NCBI GenBank assembly: GCA_965206075.1
Contig: CBDBIS010000005.1
Span: 3,455,813 to 3,519,812, forward strand
From: Alphaproteobacteria bacterium
GTDB lineage: Bacteria; Pseudomonadota; Alphaproteobacteria; Bin95
Direction of reading: 5' to 3'
DNA: 64,000 bases
In this document: positions 39,904 through 49,842 of the stretch, piece by piece
Numbering within the stretch: the first letter of the stretch is position 1
Layout of the letters: each line of letters starts with the position of its first letter
Notes under the pieces: generated by a model
Told to the model about the DNA's origin: nothing
Seen by the model: the letters and a program-made list of their open reading frames with translations, nothing else
The model's database searches: none
Translations under genes and position numbers: made by a program

Positions 39904-40029
39904 GACTCCGCAGGCATCTTATCGCCGACGGCGAGCTACTTCGAGACCGTGCTGCGGACTTGCTCCCGTCCGGTAATTCGGCAAGCTGGCGGAAGGTGAC
40001 CGTTTTCCTGCACCGGGAGGCCACCGGCT

Positions 40030-40878
40030 TTGCAGATCGTTCCGTTCGATGCGCCGCTCGGCGCGGAGGTGCGCGGCCTCGATGCCTCGCTTCCGGTAAG
40101 CGCGGCCGATGCCGATGCGCTCCGCCGGGGGCTCGACGAACATCTCGTGCTGCTGGCGCGCGGCCAGCGGCTGGACGACCCGGCGCTGATGGCCTTTTCC
40201 CGCGTCTTCGGCGACCTCGACCCGCCGGGGCCGAACCCTTACGGCGCGCCGTTCCTGCCCGAGTTCCCGGAGATCAACGTCATCTCCAACGTGGTCGAGA
40301 ACGGGCGCCCCATCGGCAATCTGGGCGCGGGCGAGGCGGTCTGGCATGCGGACATGACCTATGTCGAGAAGCCGCCCAAGGCCGCGCTCCTCCATGCGCT
40401 GGAGGTGCCGGAAGGCGAGGGCGACACCTATTTCGCCAACCAGTTCGCCGCGTGGGCGGCGCTTGCCGATGAGGACAAGGCCCGGATCGAGGGGCTCCGC
40501 TCAGTCCATGACAGCGCGCATAACAGCGCCGGCATGCTGCGGCAGGGCTATCGGGAAACGGTGGATGTGCGCGAGACGCCGGGCGCGCGCCAGCCGCTGG
40601 CGCGCACCGACCCGGCAACGGGCAGGAGGGCGCTCTTCCTCGGCCGGCGGCCTCATGCCTGGGTCGTCGGGCTGGAGGTGGCGGAGAGCGATGCGTTGCT
40701 GGATCGGCTCTGGGCCCACGCCTCCGACCCGCGCTTCGTCTGGCGCCACCGCTGGCGGCCGGGCGACCTGCTCGTCTGGAACAATCTGGGCGTGCTGCAC
40801 CGCCGCGACGCTTTCGACGCCAATGCGCGCCGGATCATGCACCGCACCCAGATCCGGGGCGAGCGGGAGATCGCGTGA
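40030..40878 (+). CDS. TauD/TfdA-family 2-oxoglutarate dioxygenase
   Basis: WHADMTY, GDTYFAN, WRPGDLLVWNN..LHRR, MHRT motifs. Confidence 0.92.
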   Translation: MQIVPFDAPLGAEVRGLDASLPVSAADADALRRGLDEHLVLLARGQRLDDPALMAFSRVFGDLDPPGPNPYGAPFLPEFPEINVISNVVENGRPIGNLGAGEAVWHADMTYVEKPPKAALLHALEVPEGEGDTYFANQFAAWAALADEDKARIEGLRSVHDSAHNSAGMLRQGYRETVDVRETPGARQPLARTDPATGRRALFLGRRPHAWVVGLEVAESDALLDRLWAHASDPRFVWRHRWRPGDLLVWNNLGVLHRRDAFDANARRIMHRTQIRGEREIA

Positions 40879-41576
40879 CATCGATGAAACGCTTCTACAG
40901 GCAGGCGGACGCCGTGGCGCTGGACCCGGGCGGTTACGGCGTGGCGCTGGACGGGCGCCGGGTGCGCACGCCCGCCGGCAGGCCCCTCGCCCTGCCGAGC
41001 CGGGCGCTGGCGGCGGCGGTGGCGGACGAATGGGCCGGGCAGGCCGAAGAGGTCGAGCCCCGGACCATGGCGATGATGACGCTCTCGGCGACGGCGCTCG
41101 ACCGGGTCGCGCCGCGCGCCGGTGAAATCGCGGCCGAGATCGCGCGCTATGGCGAGACGGACCTGCTCTGCTACCGCGATACGGCTGGCAGCGAGCTCGC
41201 GCGGCGCCAGAACGCGGCCTGGCAGCCGGTGCTCGACTGGCTGGCCGAGGCCCACGGCGTGCGCCTGAAGCCGGTCGCCGGCGTGATGCCGGCGACGCAG
41301 GACGGGCATGCGCTCGAAGCGCTCCGGAGCGCGATGGACGTCCATGAACCGTTCCGCCTGACGGCGCTCTACACAGCCGCTGCCGCCACCGGCTCGGCCG
41401 CGCTCGGCATGGCGCTCATGGGAGGCCGGCTGAATGCCTGCCAGACATGGCGCTGCGCACGCATCGACGACGAGTGGCAGGCGGAACGCTGGGGCGAGGA
41501 GGAGGATGCGCGCAAGCGCGGCGCGGCGCTGAGGGACGAACTCGCCGCCGTCGAACGCTTCGCGGCACTCATATAG
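40875..41576 (+). CDS. ATP12 chaperone family protein
   Basis: [30 protein letters not shown] motifs. Confidence 0.92.
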   Translation: MTSMKRFYRQADAVALDPGGYGVALDGRRVRTPAGRPLALPSRALAAAVADEWAGQAEEVEPRTMAMMTLSATALDRVAPRAGEIAAEIARYGETDLLCYRDTAGSELARRQNAAWQPVLDWLAEAHGVRLKPVAGVMPATQDGHALEALRSAMDVHEPFRLTALYTAAAATGSAALGMALMGGRLNACQTWRCARIDDEWQAERWGEEEDARKRGAALRDELAAVERFAALI

Positions 41577-41595
41577 ATACGGAGGCCGGAGGCCC

Positions 41596-43128
41596 ATGAC
41601 CGACATAGTGGACACGCTGGAAGCCAAGCGCGCCCAGGCCCGCCTCGGCGGCGGGGAGCGGCGCATCGAGGCGCAGCACCGGCGCGGCAAGCTGACGGCG
41701 CGCGAACGGCTTGAAGTGCTGCTCGACGAAGGCTCCTTCGAGGAATACGACATGTTCGTGGAGCACCGCTGCGCCGATTTCGGCATGGAGGCGCAGCGCG
41801 TTCCGGGCGACGGCGTGGTCACCGGCCACGGCACGGTCAACGGACGGCTCGTCTTCGTCTTCAGCCAGGACTTCACCGTGTTCGGCGGCTCGCTCTCGGA
41901 GGCGCATGCCGAGAAGATCTGCAAGGTGATGGACCGGGCGATGAAGGTGGGCGCGCCGGTCGTCGGCCTCAACGATTCGGGCGGCGCGCGCATCCAGGAG
42001 GGCGTCGCCTCGCTCGGCGGCTATGCCGAGGTGTTCCAGCGCAATGTGCTGGCTTCCGGGGTCGTGCCGCAGGTCTCGGTCATCATGGGGCCCTGCGCGG
42101 GCGGGGCGGTCTATTCGCCTGCGATGACCGACTTCATCTTCATGGTGGAGGACACTTCCTTCATGTATGTCACCGGCCCGGACGTGGTCAGGACCGTGAC
42201 CCACGAGACGGTGACGCATGAGGAGCTCGGCGGGGCGCGCACCCACGCCAGGCGCTCCGGCGTCGCGGACCTCGCCCTCGACAACGACATCGAGGCGCTG
42301 CTGCAGGTCCGGCGGTTCCTGGGTTTCCTGCCGTCCTCCAACCGCGAGGCGCCGCCGGTGCGGCCGACCGAAGACCCGATAGAGCGCCAGGAGCCGTCGC
42401 TCGACAGCCTTGTGCCGGACAACCCGAACAAGCCCTACGACATCAAGGAGCTGATCCGGAAGACGGCGGACGAGGGCGTTTTCTTCGAGCTCCAGCCGGA
42501 CTGGGCGGCCAATATCGTCATCGGCTTCGCCCGCTACGGAGGCCAGCCGGTCGGGATCGTCGCCAACCAGCCGATGGTGCTCGCCGGCTGCCTCGATATC
42601 GACAGCGCGCGCAAGGCTGGGCGGTTCGTGCGCTTCTGCGATGCCTTCAACCTGCCCATCGTCACCTTCGTCGACGTGCCGGGCTTCCTGCCGGGCACGG
42701 TCCAGGAATATGGCGGCATCATCAAGCATGGCGCGAAGCTGCTGTTCGCCTATGCCGAGGCGACGGTGCCGAAGGTCACGCTCATCACCCGCAAGGCCTA
42801 TGGCGGAGCCTATGACGTGATGAGCTCGAAGCATCTGCGCGGCGACGTGAACTATGCCTGGCCGCGGGCCGAGATCGCCGTGATGGGCGCCAAGGGCGCG
42901 GTCGAGATCATCTTCCGCCAGGATATAGGGGACGAGGAGAAGATCGCCGAGCGGACGGCGGAATATGCCGAGAAGTTCGCCAACCCGTTCATCGCGTCTG
43001 CGCGCGGCTATATCGACGACGTGATCCGGCCCCGGAACACCCGCTTCCGCATCTGCCGGTCGCTCGAGGTGCTGCGCAACAAGCGGTTGGAAAATCCCTG
43101 GAAGAAGCACGACAATATCCCGCTTTAG
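41596..43128 (+). CDS. pccB: Propionyl-CoA carboxylase beta (carboxyltransferase) subunit
   Basis: [43 protein letters not shown] motifs. Confidence 0.93.
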   Translation: MTDIVDTLEAKRAQARLGGGERRIEAQHRRGKLTARERLEVLLDEGSFEEYDMFVEHRCADFGMEAQRVPGDGVVTGHGTVNGRLVFVFSQDFTVFGGSLSEAHAEKICKVMDRAMKVGAPVVGLNDSGGARIQEGVASLGGYAEVFQRNVLASGVVPQVSVIMGPCAGGAVYSPAMTDFIFMVEDTSFMYVTGPDVVRTVTHETVTHEELGGARTHARRSGVADLALDNDIEALLQVRRFLGFLPSSNREAPPVRPTEDPIERQEPSLDSLVPDNPNKPYDIKELIRKTADEGVFFELQPDWAANIVIGFARYGGQPVGIVANQPMVLAGCLDIDSARKAGRFVRFCDAFNLPIVTFVDVPGFLPGTVQEYGGIIKHGAKLLFAYAEATVPKVTLITRKAYGGAYDVMSSKHLRGDVNYAWPRAEIAVMGAKGAVEIIFRQDIGDEEKIAERTAEYAEKFANPFIASARGYIDDVIRPRNTRFRICRSLEVLRNKRLENPWKKHDNIPL

Positions 43129-43174
43129 CGCGGTAACGGGCCCTGTTGAGACAGGATGAAGGATTTGCGAATAC

Positions 43175-43269
43175 CGTCGCCCCGGCCCCCGAGCCGGGGT
43201 CCACCCATCGCCGTTTCGGGCTGGTGGAAAGATCGGGAGATGGACCCCGGCTCGGGGGCCGGGGTGACG
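43175..43269. repeat. Family B REP pair (95 bp)
   Basis: CGTCGCCCCGGCCCCCGAGCCGGGGTCCA...TGGACCCCGGCTCGGGGGCCGGGGTGACG. Confidence 0.85.
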
Positions 43270-43329
43270 ACGAGGGTTAGCGCCCGGGGTGCGATCCGAT
43301 CCGAAGAGACTCGGTTCTAGACAAGGACA

Positions 43330-44877
43330 ATGCCAATGCAATTCGAGACCTTCGACTGGATCGCGCACCATGCCGGGCGGCGGCCGGAAAAGACCGCGCT
43401 GGTCGATCTCGCAAGCGGGCGCGAAATCGACTATGCGCAGATGGACCGGCGGGTCGGCAGCCTGGCGGGCTTCCTGCGCGGCCGGCTGGGAATCGGGCCC
43501 GGCGACCGCGTGGCGCTGCTGGCCGAGAATTCCACCGACTATCTGGAGATACAGTTCGCCTGCTTCCGCATCGGCGCGGTGTTCGTACCGCTCAACTGGC
43601 GGCTTACCGTGCCGGAGCTCAACTATATCGTCGGCGACGCCGCGCCGAAGGCGATGATCCACGACCGGGGCTTTGCCGAAACGGCCGCGGCCGTGCAGGC
43701 GGAGACCGGCTTCGAACACCGGCTGGAGACCGCCGCCGACGGCAGCCCGTCGGAATACGAGGCGGCCATTGAGGAAGGGCCCTATGAGGCGGAGATGGCC
43801 CCGCAGCAGATGTCGGACCTCTCGACCATCATGTACACCTCCGGCACGACCGGCCTGCCCAAGGGCGCGCGCATCACCCACGGCATGACCTTCGTCAACA
43901 CGGTGAATATCGGCGCCCCGCACCGGATTTCCGCCGATTCGGTCACGCTCACCGTGCTGCCGCTGTTCCACACGGGCGGGCTCAACGCCTATGCCAATCC
44001 CGTGCTGCATGCGGGCGGCAAGGCGGTGGTCGCGCGGAGCTTCGATCCCGAGCAGTGCCTGCGGCTCCTGGCCGACCCGGAAGCCGGCATCACCAATTTC
44101 CTCGGCGTGCCGGCCAATTTCCAGTTCATGGCGCAGCTTCCGGCTTTCGAGCAGGCGGATTTCAGCCATGTCACCGTGTTCGGCGTCGGCGCCGCGCCCA
44201 CGCCGCATGCGCTGATCGAGGTGTGGGCGGCGAGGGGCGGGCCGCTCGCCCAGGCCTACGGCATGACCGAGACCGCGCCGCTGGTGATGGCGCTCGACCC
44301 CGTGGACGCAACGCGCAAGATCGGCTCCGCCGGCAAGCCCGTGCTCTATACCCGCACGCGGGTGATAACCGAGGACGGCCGCGAGGCCGCGCCCGGCGAG
44401 AGGGGAGAGCTGCAGGTGGCCGGGCCGAATGTGACGCCCGGCTACTGGAACAAGCCGAAGGAAACGGCGGAGTCCTTCGACGGCGAATGGCTGAAGACGG
44501 GCGACGCCGTCTGGGTCGATGAGGAGGGCTACTACTACATCGTGGATCGCTGGAAGGACATGTACATCTCCGGCGGCGAGAACGTCTATCCGGCCGAGGT
44601 GGAGAACACCATCTACCGGCTGGACGGCATTGCCGAAGCCGCCGTGATCGGCGTTCCGGACGAGCGCTGGGGCGAGGTCGGCTGCGCGGTCGTGGTCCGC
44701 CGCGAGGGCGCGGCGCTGGAGCCGCAGACGATCCTCGACCACTGCGAGGGCCAGCTCGCCCGCTTCAAGCTGCCCCGCCGGGTGCTGTTCGCCGCCGCGC
44801 TCCCCCGCAACGCCACCGGCAAGGTCCTCAAACACGAACTCCGCCGCATGCTGGAGGCGGGGGAATTGGGCGGGTAG
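43330..44877 (+). CDS. Acyl-CoA synthetase (AMP-forming)
   Basis: YTSGTTGLPKG, YGMTE, TGD, SGGENVYPAE, PRNATGK motifs. Confidence 0.93.
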   Translation: MPMQFETFDWIAHHAGRRPEKTALVDLASGREIDYAQMDRRVGSLAGFLRGRLGIGPGDRVALLAENSTDYLEIQFACFRIGAVFVPLNWRLTVPELNYIVGDAAPKAMIHDRGFAETAAAVQAETGFEHRLETAADGSPSEYEAAIEEGPYEAEMAPQQMSDLSTIMYTSGTTGLPKGARITHGMTFVNTVNIGAPHRISADSVTLTVLPLFHTGGLNAYANPVLHAGGKAVVARSFDPEQCLRLLADPEAGITNFLGVPANFQFMAQLPAFEQADFSHVTVFGVGAAPTPHALIEVWAARGGPLAQAYGMTETAPLVMALDPVDATRKIGSAGKPVLYTRTRVITEDGREAAPGERGELQVAGPNVTPGYWNKPKETAESFDGEWLKTGDAVWVDEEGYYYIVDRWKDMYISGGENVYPAEVENTIYRLDGIAEAAVIGVPDERWGEVGCAVVVRREGAALEPQTILDHCEGQLARFKLPRRVLFAAALPRNATGKVLKHELRRMLEAGELGG

Positions 44878-44886
44878 AAGCGGGTT

Positions 44887-45112
44887 ATACCAGCGGTCAT
44901 TGATTGGAACCTATTCCGTCAACCGCTTGAAAACTCCTCCCCCGCTTGCGGGGGAGGCCGGGAGGGGGCCGCTTGCGCGCCAGCGCAAGCGGCGGGCGCA
45001 GCCCGGCAAGGACCCATCACGCTGAGAGGCCCTCCCCCGGCCCCTCCCGCAAGCGGGAGGGGAGACAGGGAGCCGCCGCCGAACAGGAGTGCTTCTTTAT
45101 GCACCTTGGTAT
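44887..45112. repeat. MITE-like unit (ATACCA...TGGTAT ends) containing a family A palindrome pair (44934-45064)
   Basis: Short terminal IR; homologous to 20521-20750. Confidence 0.8.
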
Positions 45113-46048
45113 TATCCCTCCGGTGTCTTTTCCTGCACCGCCGCGACCCAACTGAATTTCGACGCCCGGGCCAGCCGTTCGACATCCACCACGCCGGTAA
45201 GGCGGCGGCCCTCGACGATCCATGTCGGGTAGCGCCGGATGTCCTGGACCGTGCAGGCGGCCGTGAGGGGCCCGTTCGGCCCCGAGGGGGCGCATTCGGT
45301 ATAGGGCAGCCGTTTGGCGGAGGCAGTGAAGAGCGCCTTCTGCTCCTGGCAGGCCCGGCACCAGTGGGCGCCGTAGAAACGCGCGCCGCTTCAAGTGGGC
45401 CGCGAGCGCCTTGAGATAGGGGTCCTCCGGGCCGGCGGCGGGATCGAAGAAGCCGCTGAAATGCAGGTGGAGGCCGAGGACCAGGACAAGGGTGGCGCTG
45501 ACCGGATGCAGCAAGGCCCGGCGCCACTCCCTCTCCGCCGACCGCTCGGGGCGGCGCAGGACCGTGAGCAGGAGCAGCAGGTTCATCAGCGCGAAGGATG
45601 CGAGGCAGAATTCGCAGACCGCGTCGATCTCGAAGATCGACACCAGGGTAAGGAACCAGCTCACGCCGACGCCGATGCAGGCGAAAAACAGCATGGGGCC
45701 CCATGCCAACGGCCGGGAGCGCAGCCGCCACGCAAGCCCCGCCAGGAGCGCGTAAGTAAGCAGCCCCCAGAAGGCCATCGGCAGGCCGAGCAGGGTGGAC
45801 CAGCGGCTCGACTGCACGATGTCGCAGCCGGAACCCGCGCCGCACCAGGCCGGCTGCTCGCCGAACCATGCGACCATCGTCAGATAGCCGGTGAGCAGGA
45901 CACCGAGCCCCGCGAGGCCGAGGAGCCCGTTGTCGAGCAGGGGTTTCGCGCGTTCCGGCGCTCCGGAGCGGGCCGGGGCCTGTTTCGGAGCGGTCGCGGC
46001 CCGCCCGCGCCGGGCGCCGGAATTCCGTCGTTTGCGTTTCCTCGCCAT
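45112..46048 (-). pseudogene. VKOR plus thioredoxin-like fusion, frameshifted near 45391
   Basis: CGAGSGCDIVQSSRWS and CEFC in the VKOR part; after a frame change, GARFYGAHWCRACQEQK...ECAP...C...YPTW. Confidence 0.85.
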
Positions 46049-46163
46049 CGTTCGCACGCCCCGCTTTCCGGTTCGGCCCGCCTCCCGGGAGGCCGGCGCT
46101 TCGACGCCGCATATTACCAAAGCGTCTCCGTTTGCCCGGAGCCAACCTTACGGATCGGCAAGG

Positions 46164-47174
46164 TCAGCGGCGCGCGGCCGGTCCGCGCCGGTCGGCCCGC
46201 GCCCGGCGCGGCGCGCCTTCTCCGGCAAGCTGCCTCTCGCGCCAGTAAACATAGATGCCCGAACCGGCAATCAGCGAGCAGCCGAGCAGCACCCAATGAT
46301 CGGGCAGGTGGTCGAACACGATCCAGCCGAGCACGATGGCGGAGGGCAGTGCCACATATTCGAAGGGCGCAAGCGTCGCGGCGTCGGCCAGCCTGTAGGC
46401 CTGGGTCAGCGAATAGGCGATGAAGCCGGAAAGACCGCCCAGCAGCACGAACAGCAGCCAGTGCTCCCAGGTCGGCCAGACCCAGGCGCGAAACAGGAAC
46501 AGCCAGGTCTTGTTCTCGATGCCCTCGGCGAAGCGCCCGTCGCCTGCGACGGCGAAGAAGCCGAGGCTGACGGCGATGAACATGACCTGGATATAGGCCG
46601 CCATGGCCGAGGCCGGCGCGCTCGCCCGGAGCTTGCGCGTCAGGATTTGCATGGTGGCGTAGGCGAGTGCCGCCGCCATGGGCAAGAGCAGGGTCCACCG
46701 GTCCGGCGCGTGTTCGAGTTCGCCGGCTCCGGGCCGGAGCATGACCAGAACGCCGACGAAGCCGACCGCGACGGCGGAGAACCGCCTGATGCCGACCTTC
46801 TCGCCGAGGAAGGGGATGGACAGCAGCGTGATGAGCAGCGGGGCGACGAAGAAGAGCGCCGTTACATCGGCCAGCGGCGCCGACGCCAGCGCGCCGAAGA
46901 AGGCAAGATTCGCCAGGACCATGCAGAGGCCGCGCGCGATGTGGGCGGCGGGGCGGCCGGTGCGAAGCGCCCTCAAGCCCCCCTCGAATTGCAGCACGGC
47001 AAGGCTGAACAGCAGCGCCACCAGGGCGCGGACGAACACGATCTCGTGCAGCGGGTAGCGGTCGGAAAGCGCCTTGACGATGGAATCGTTGACGGTGATG
47101 ACCACCATGCCGAGGCAGATCATGGCGATGCCCAGGCGGGAGTCGTTCGCCGGTCGAAACGCGGTGCCTGCCAT
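46164..47174 (-). CDS. DMT/EamA-family transporter
   Basis: About 10 TM segments; LGEKVG, GFVGVLVMLRPG, LAPFEY motifs. Confidence 0.92.
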   Translation of the reverse strand: MAGTAFRPANDSRLGIAMICLGMVVITVNDSIVKALSDRYPLHEIVFVRALVALLFSLAVLQFEGGLRALRTGRPAAHIARGLCMVLANLAFFGALASAPLADVTALFFVAPLLITLLSIPFLGEKVGIRRFSAVAVGFVGVLVMLRPGAGELEHAPDRWTLLLPMAAALAYATMQILTRKLRASAPASAMAAYIQVMFIAVSLGFFAVAGDGRFAEGIENKTWLFLFRAWVWPTWEHWLLFVLLGGLSGFIAYSLTQAYRLADAATLAPFEYVALPSAIVLGWIVFDHLPDHWVLLGCSLIAGSGIYVYWRERQLAGEGAPRRARADRRGPAARR

Positions 47175-47338
47175 CGGCGGGGAAACCCTCGAATCCCGGA
47201 CGGATCGCCGCCGCCCGGTCGCGCGAATCATAGGGATATCCGCCGGTCCGCAACAGAGAGTGTGAAGGAATCGGATTTACCGGGTTTTGCGCTCGCGGTC
47301 CGCGCCCGTCCCGGCGGCGCGGCGCGCCGGAAGTCGGG

Positions 47339-48343
47339 CTACGGCACGACCACGATCTTGCCGAAGACCTCGCGGTCTTCCAGCATCCGCACGCCCTCGG
47401 CGGCGTCCTCCAGCGGCAGTTCGACGTCGATGGGAGGGTCGAGGCGCCCGGCGGCGATATCCGCCATCATCTCCTTCAGGCCTTCCACGGTCCAGCTGTT
47501 GGAGCCGAGGATCCGGAGCTCGAAGGTCCAGATGTAGCGGATGTCCGTCTTGGGGTCGAAACCGGCGGTCGCCCCGCAGGTCAGCATCCGGCCGCCGCGC
47601 TTCAGCGCCTTCATCGAGGGCACCCAGGTGTCGCCGCCGGTGAAGTTGACCACCACATCGACGCCGCCCTCGTAGGACCGCCGGGTCGGCTTGCCGTAGC
47701 GGCGCCAGATCTCGCGCTCGAACTCGGTCTCGATGTAGTTCAGCCCTTCGTCCGCGCCGAGCGCCAGCAGACGGTCGATCTTCTGCTGGCTGCTGGCCGC
47801 GGCGATGACATGCGCGCCGACGGCCTTGGCGAGCAGCACGCAGGCATTGCCGACGCCGCCGGAGGCGCCGAGGATCAGCACCGTCTCGCCCGCCTTCACA
47901 TGCCCGTTCTCGAACATCATGCGATGCGCCGTGCCGTAGGCGACCGGTAGCGACGCCGCCTGCGCGAAGCTCACTCCGTCCGGCATCGCGATGAGCTGAC
48001 TGGCGGCGCAAAGCGCTTTTTCCGCAAGACCGCCGTCCAGCATCTCGCCCATCAGGCCCCGGTCCGGCCAGATCGGGTCCAGCAGCACGCGGTCGCCGGG
48101 AGACCAGCCTTCCACGCCCTCGCCGAGCGTCTCGATCTCGCCGGCAAGGTCGAGGCCGGGAACGACGGGAATCGGCACCTTGATGCCCGGCATGCCGCGC
48201 CGGGTGAAGACATCGTGATAGTTGAGCGAGCAGGCCCCGACCCGGATGACCGCCTCGCCCGGCCCCGGTTCCGGCTCCGGCCAGTCGCTGCGGAAGCGGA
48301 GCTTGTCCTGCCCGCCATGGCCTTCGAGAACGAGTGCGCGCAT
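47339..48343 (-). CDS. MDR-family (zinc-binding/quinone) oxidoreductase
   Basis: SLNYHD, PGLDLAG, GASGGVG, CGATAG, FGKIVV motifs. Confidence 0.92.
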   Translation of the reverse strand: MRALVLEGHGGQDKLRFRSDWPEPEPGPGEAVIRVGACSLNYHDVFTRRGMPGIKVPIPVVPGLDLAGEIETLGEGVEGWSPGDRVLLDPIWPDRGLMGEMLDGGLAEKALCAASQLIAMPDGVSFAQAASLPVAYGTAHRMMFENGHVKAGETVLILGASGGVGNACVLLAKAVGAHVIAAASSQQKIDRLLALGADEGLNYIETEFEREIWRRYGKPTRRSYEGGVDVVVNFTGGDTWVPSMKALKRGGRMLTCGATAGFDPKTDIRYIWTFELRILGSNSWTVEGLKEMMADIAAGRLDPPIDVELPLEDAAEGVRMLEDREVFGKIVVVP

Positions 48344-48357
48344 GCGGCCCCTCCTTC

Positions 48358-49776
48358 CTATTCGGCGGCGGCGCCAACGCCGCTATTCGTAACGTTCGCC
48401 GCGTTCGGCGCGGCGGCGGCGCCAACGCCGCTATTCGTAACGCTCGCCGCGTTCGGCGCGGCGGTGGCGCCAACGCCGCTATTCGTAACGTTCGCCGCGT
48501 TCGGCGCGGCGGCGGCGCCAACGCCGCTATTCGTAACGTTCGCCGCGTTCGGCGCGGCGGCGGCTTCCTTGGCCGCCATCTTCGCCTTCAGCTGCTCGGG
48601 CGTGAGCCGCACGATGTCCTCGTTCTGGTGGGCATAGCGCCGGGCGCCCTCGACCGAGAGGTCCTCCAGCTCGATTTCGCCGGCGAGCACGCCCGCCTTC
48701 CAGGCCGCGTGCTCCTCCTCCATCGCGTGGAACTCGGGCATCACCTCGCGGGAGAAGAGCTCCAGCGAGGCGCAGATGTCTTCATGGGTATTCTGCCCGG
48801 CCTGGTTCAGCAGGATCACCTGGTCCACATTCGAGGCGGCGAAGGCGCGGAGCTTCTTCCGGATGGTGTCGGGGGACCCGATCAGCCCGGCGGTCAGCGC
48901 CTGCTGCGCCTTCTCCGTGTGGCGCCAGTCCTGGTAGAGCTTCCAGAGGTCGATCTCGCCGGGCGCGGAAATGCCGTGACGGCCGTAATGGCTGAGACAG
49001 AAGATGAAGAAGGTCCATCCGGCGGCCTTCTCGATCGCCTCCTCGTCCGTCTCGCAGCACATGAAGCCCGAGACCATGGCGATGTTCGGATTGGTCGGGT
49101 AGTCGCAGATCCGGTCGAGATGGCGGGTGAGGTTCGTGTAGTAGCGGTTGACCCAGGCCTTCGCCGCCTCCGGCGAGACGAACTGGAAGCCGAGCGCGCC
49201 CATGCCCCAGCGCCCGGCGTCCTCGATGGTCTCGATATTGGAGCAGGCGACCCAGAGCGGCGGATGCGGCTTCTGCAGCGGCTTCGGCACGACATTGCGC
49301 TTCGGGTAGCTGTAGAACTCGCCGCTGAACTCGAAGGCGGTCTCGGTGAAGAGCGGGATCGTCGCCCTGACGCCCTCGATCCAGCGGTCGCGCTTGGAAC
49401 GCACCTGCACGCCGAAGGGATGCAACTCCACCGGCCCCTGCGCCTCGCCGAGCCCGAGCTCCACCCGCCCGCCGGACAACAGGTCGAGCGTCGAGACCTT
49501 CTCCGCAACGCGGACCGGATGGTTGGTGGTGAGCTGGATGACGCCGTGGCCGAGGCGGATGTTGCGGGTGCGCTGGCTGGCCGCGCCGAGGAAGACCTCC
49601 GGCGCCGAGGAGTGCGAATACTCCTCCAGGAAGTGGTGCTCGACCTCCCAGGCGTAGTCGTAGCCGAGCGCATCGGCGAGCTCGATCTGGGCCAGCGACT
49701 CGTTGAGGAGGCGCTGCTCGCTGTCCTCGGCCCAGGGGCGCGGCAGCTGATGTTCGTAAAAGATGCCGAATTTCAT
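48358..49776 (-). CDS. LLM-class monooxygenase with a C-terminal repeat tail
   Basis: MKFGIFYEHQLPRPW, WEVEHHFLEEYSHSSAPE motifs. Confidence 0.92.
   Translation of the reverse strand: MKFGIFYEHQLPRPWAEDSEQRLLNESLAQIELADALGYDYAWEVEHHFLEEYSHSSAPEVFLGAASQRTRNIRLGHGVIQLTTNHPVRVAEKVSTLDLLSGGRVELGLGEAQGPVELHPFGVQVRSKRDRWIEGVRATIPLFTETAFEFSGEFYSYPKRNVVPKPLQKPHPPLWVACSNIETIEDAGRWGMGALGFQFVSPEAAKAWVNRYYTNLTRHLDRICDYPTNPNIAMVSGFMCCETDEEAIEKAAGWTFFIFCLSHYGRHGISAPGEIDLWKLYQDWRHTEKAQQALTAGLIGSPDTIRKKLRAFAASNVDQVILLNQAGQNTHEDICASLELFSREVMPEFHAMEEEHAAWKAGVLAGEIELEDLSVEGARRYAHQNEDIVRLTPEQLKAKMAAKEAAAAPNAANVTNSGVGAAAAPNAANVTNSGVGATAAPNAASVTNSGVGAAAAPNAANVTNSGVGAAAE
48364..48564. repeat. 48-bp tandem repeat x4 (coding VNTR, AAAAPNAANVTNSGVG)
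   Basis: GCCAACGCCGCTATTCGTAAC recurs at 48373, 48421, 48469 and 48517. Confidence 0.95.
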
Positions 49777-49842
49777 ATCGGGCGCTTCTCCGACAATCGT
49801 CCGTTTCGGGTTTTAGCACGACCGGCCGCCGATCCGGCAGGG

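Noticed and set aside
48364-48564. Possible CRISPR array
   Set aside because: Units are contiguous with no unique spacers, lie in frame within a CDS, and have no cas genes nearby
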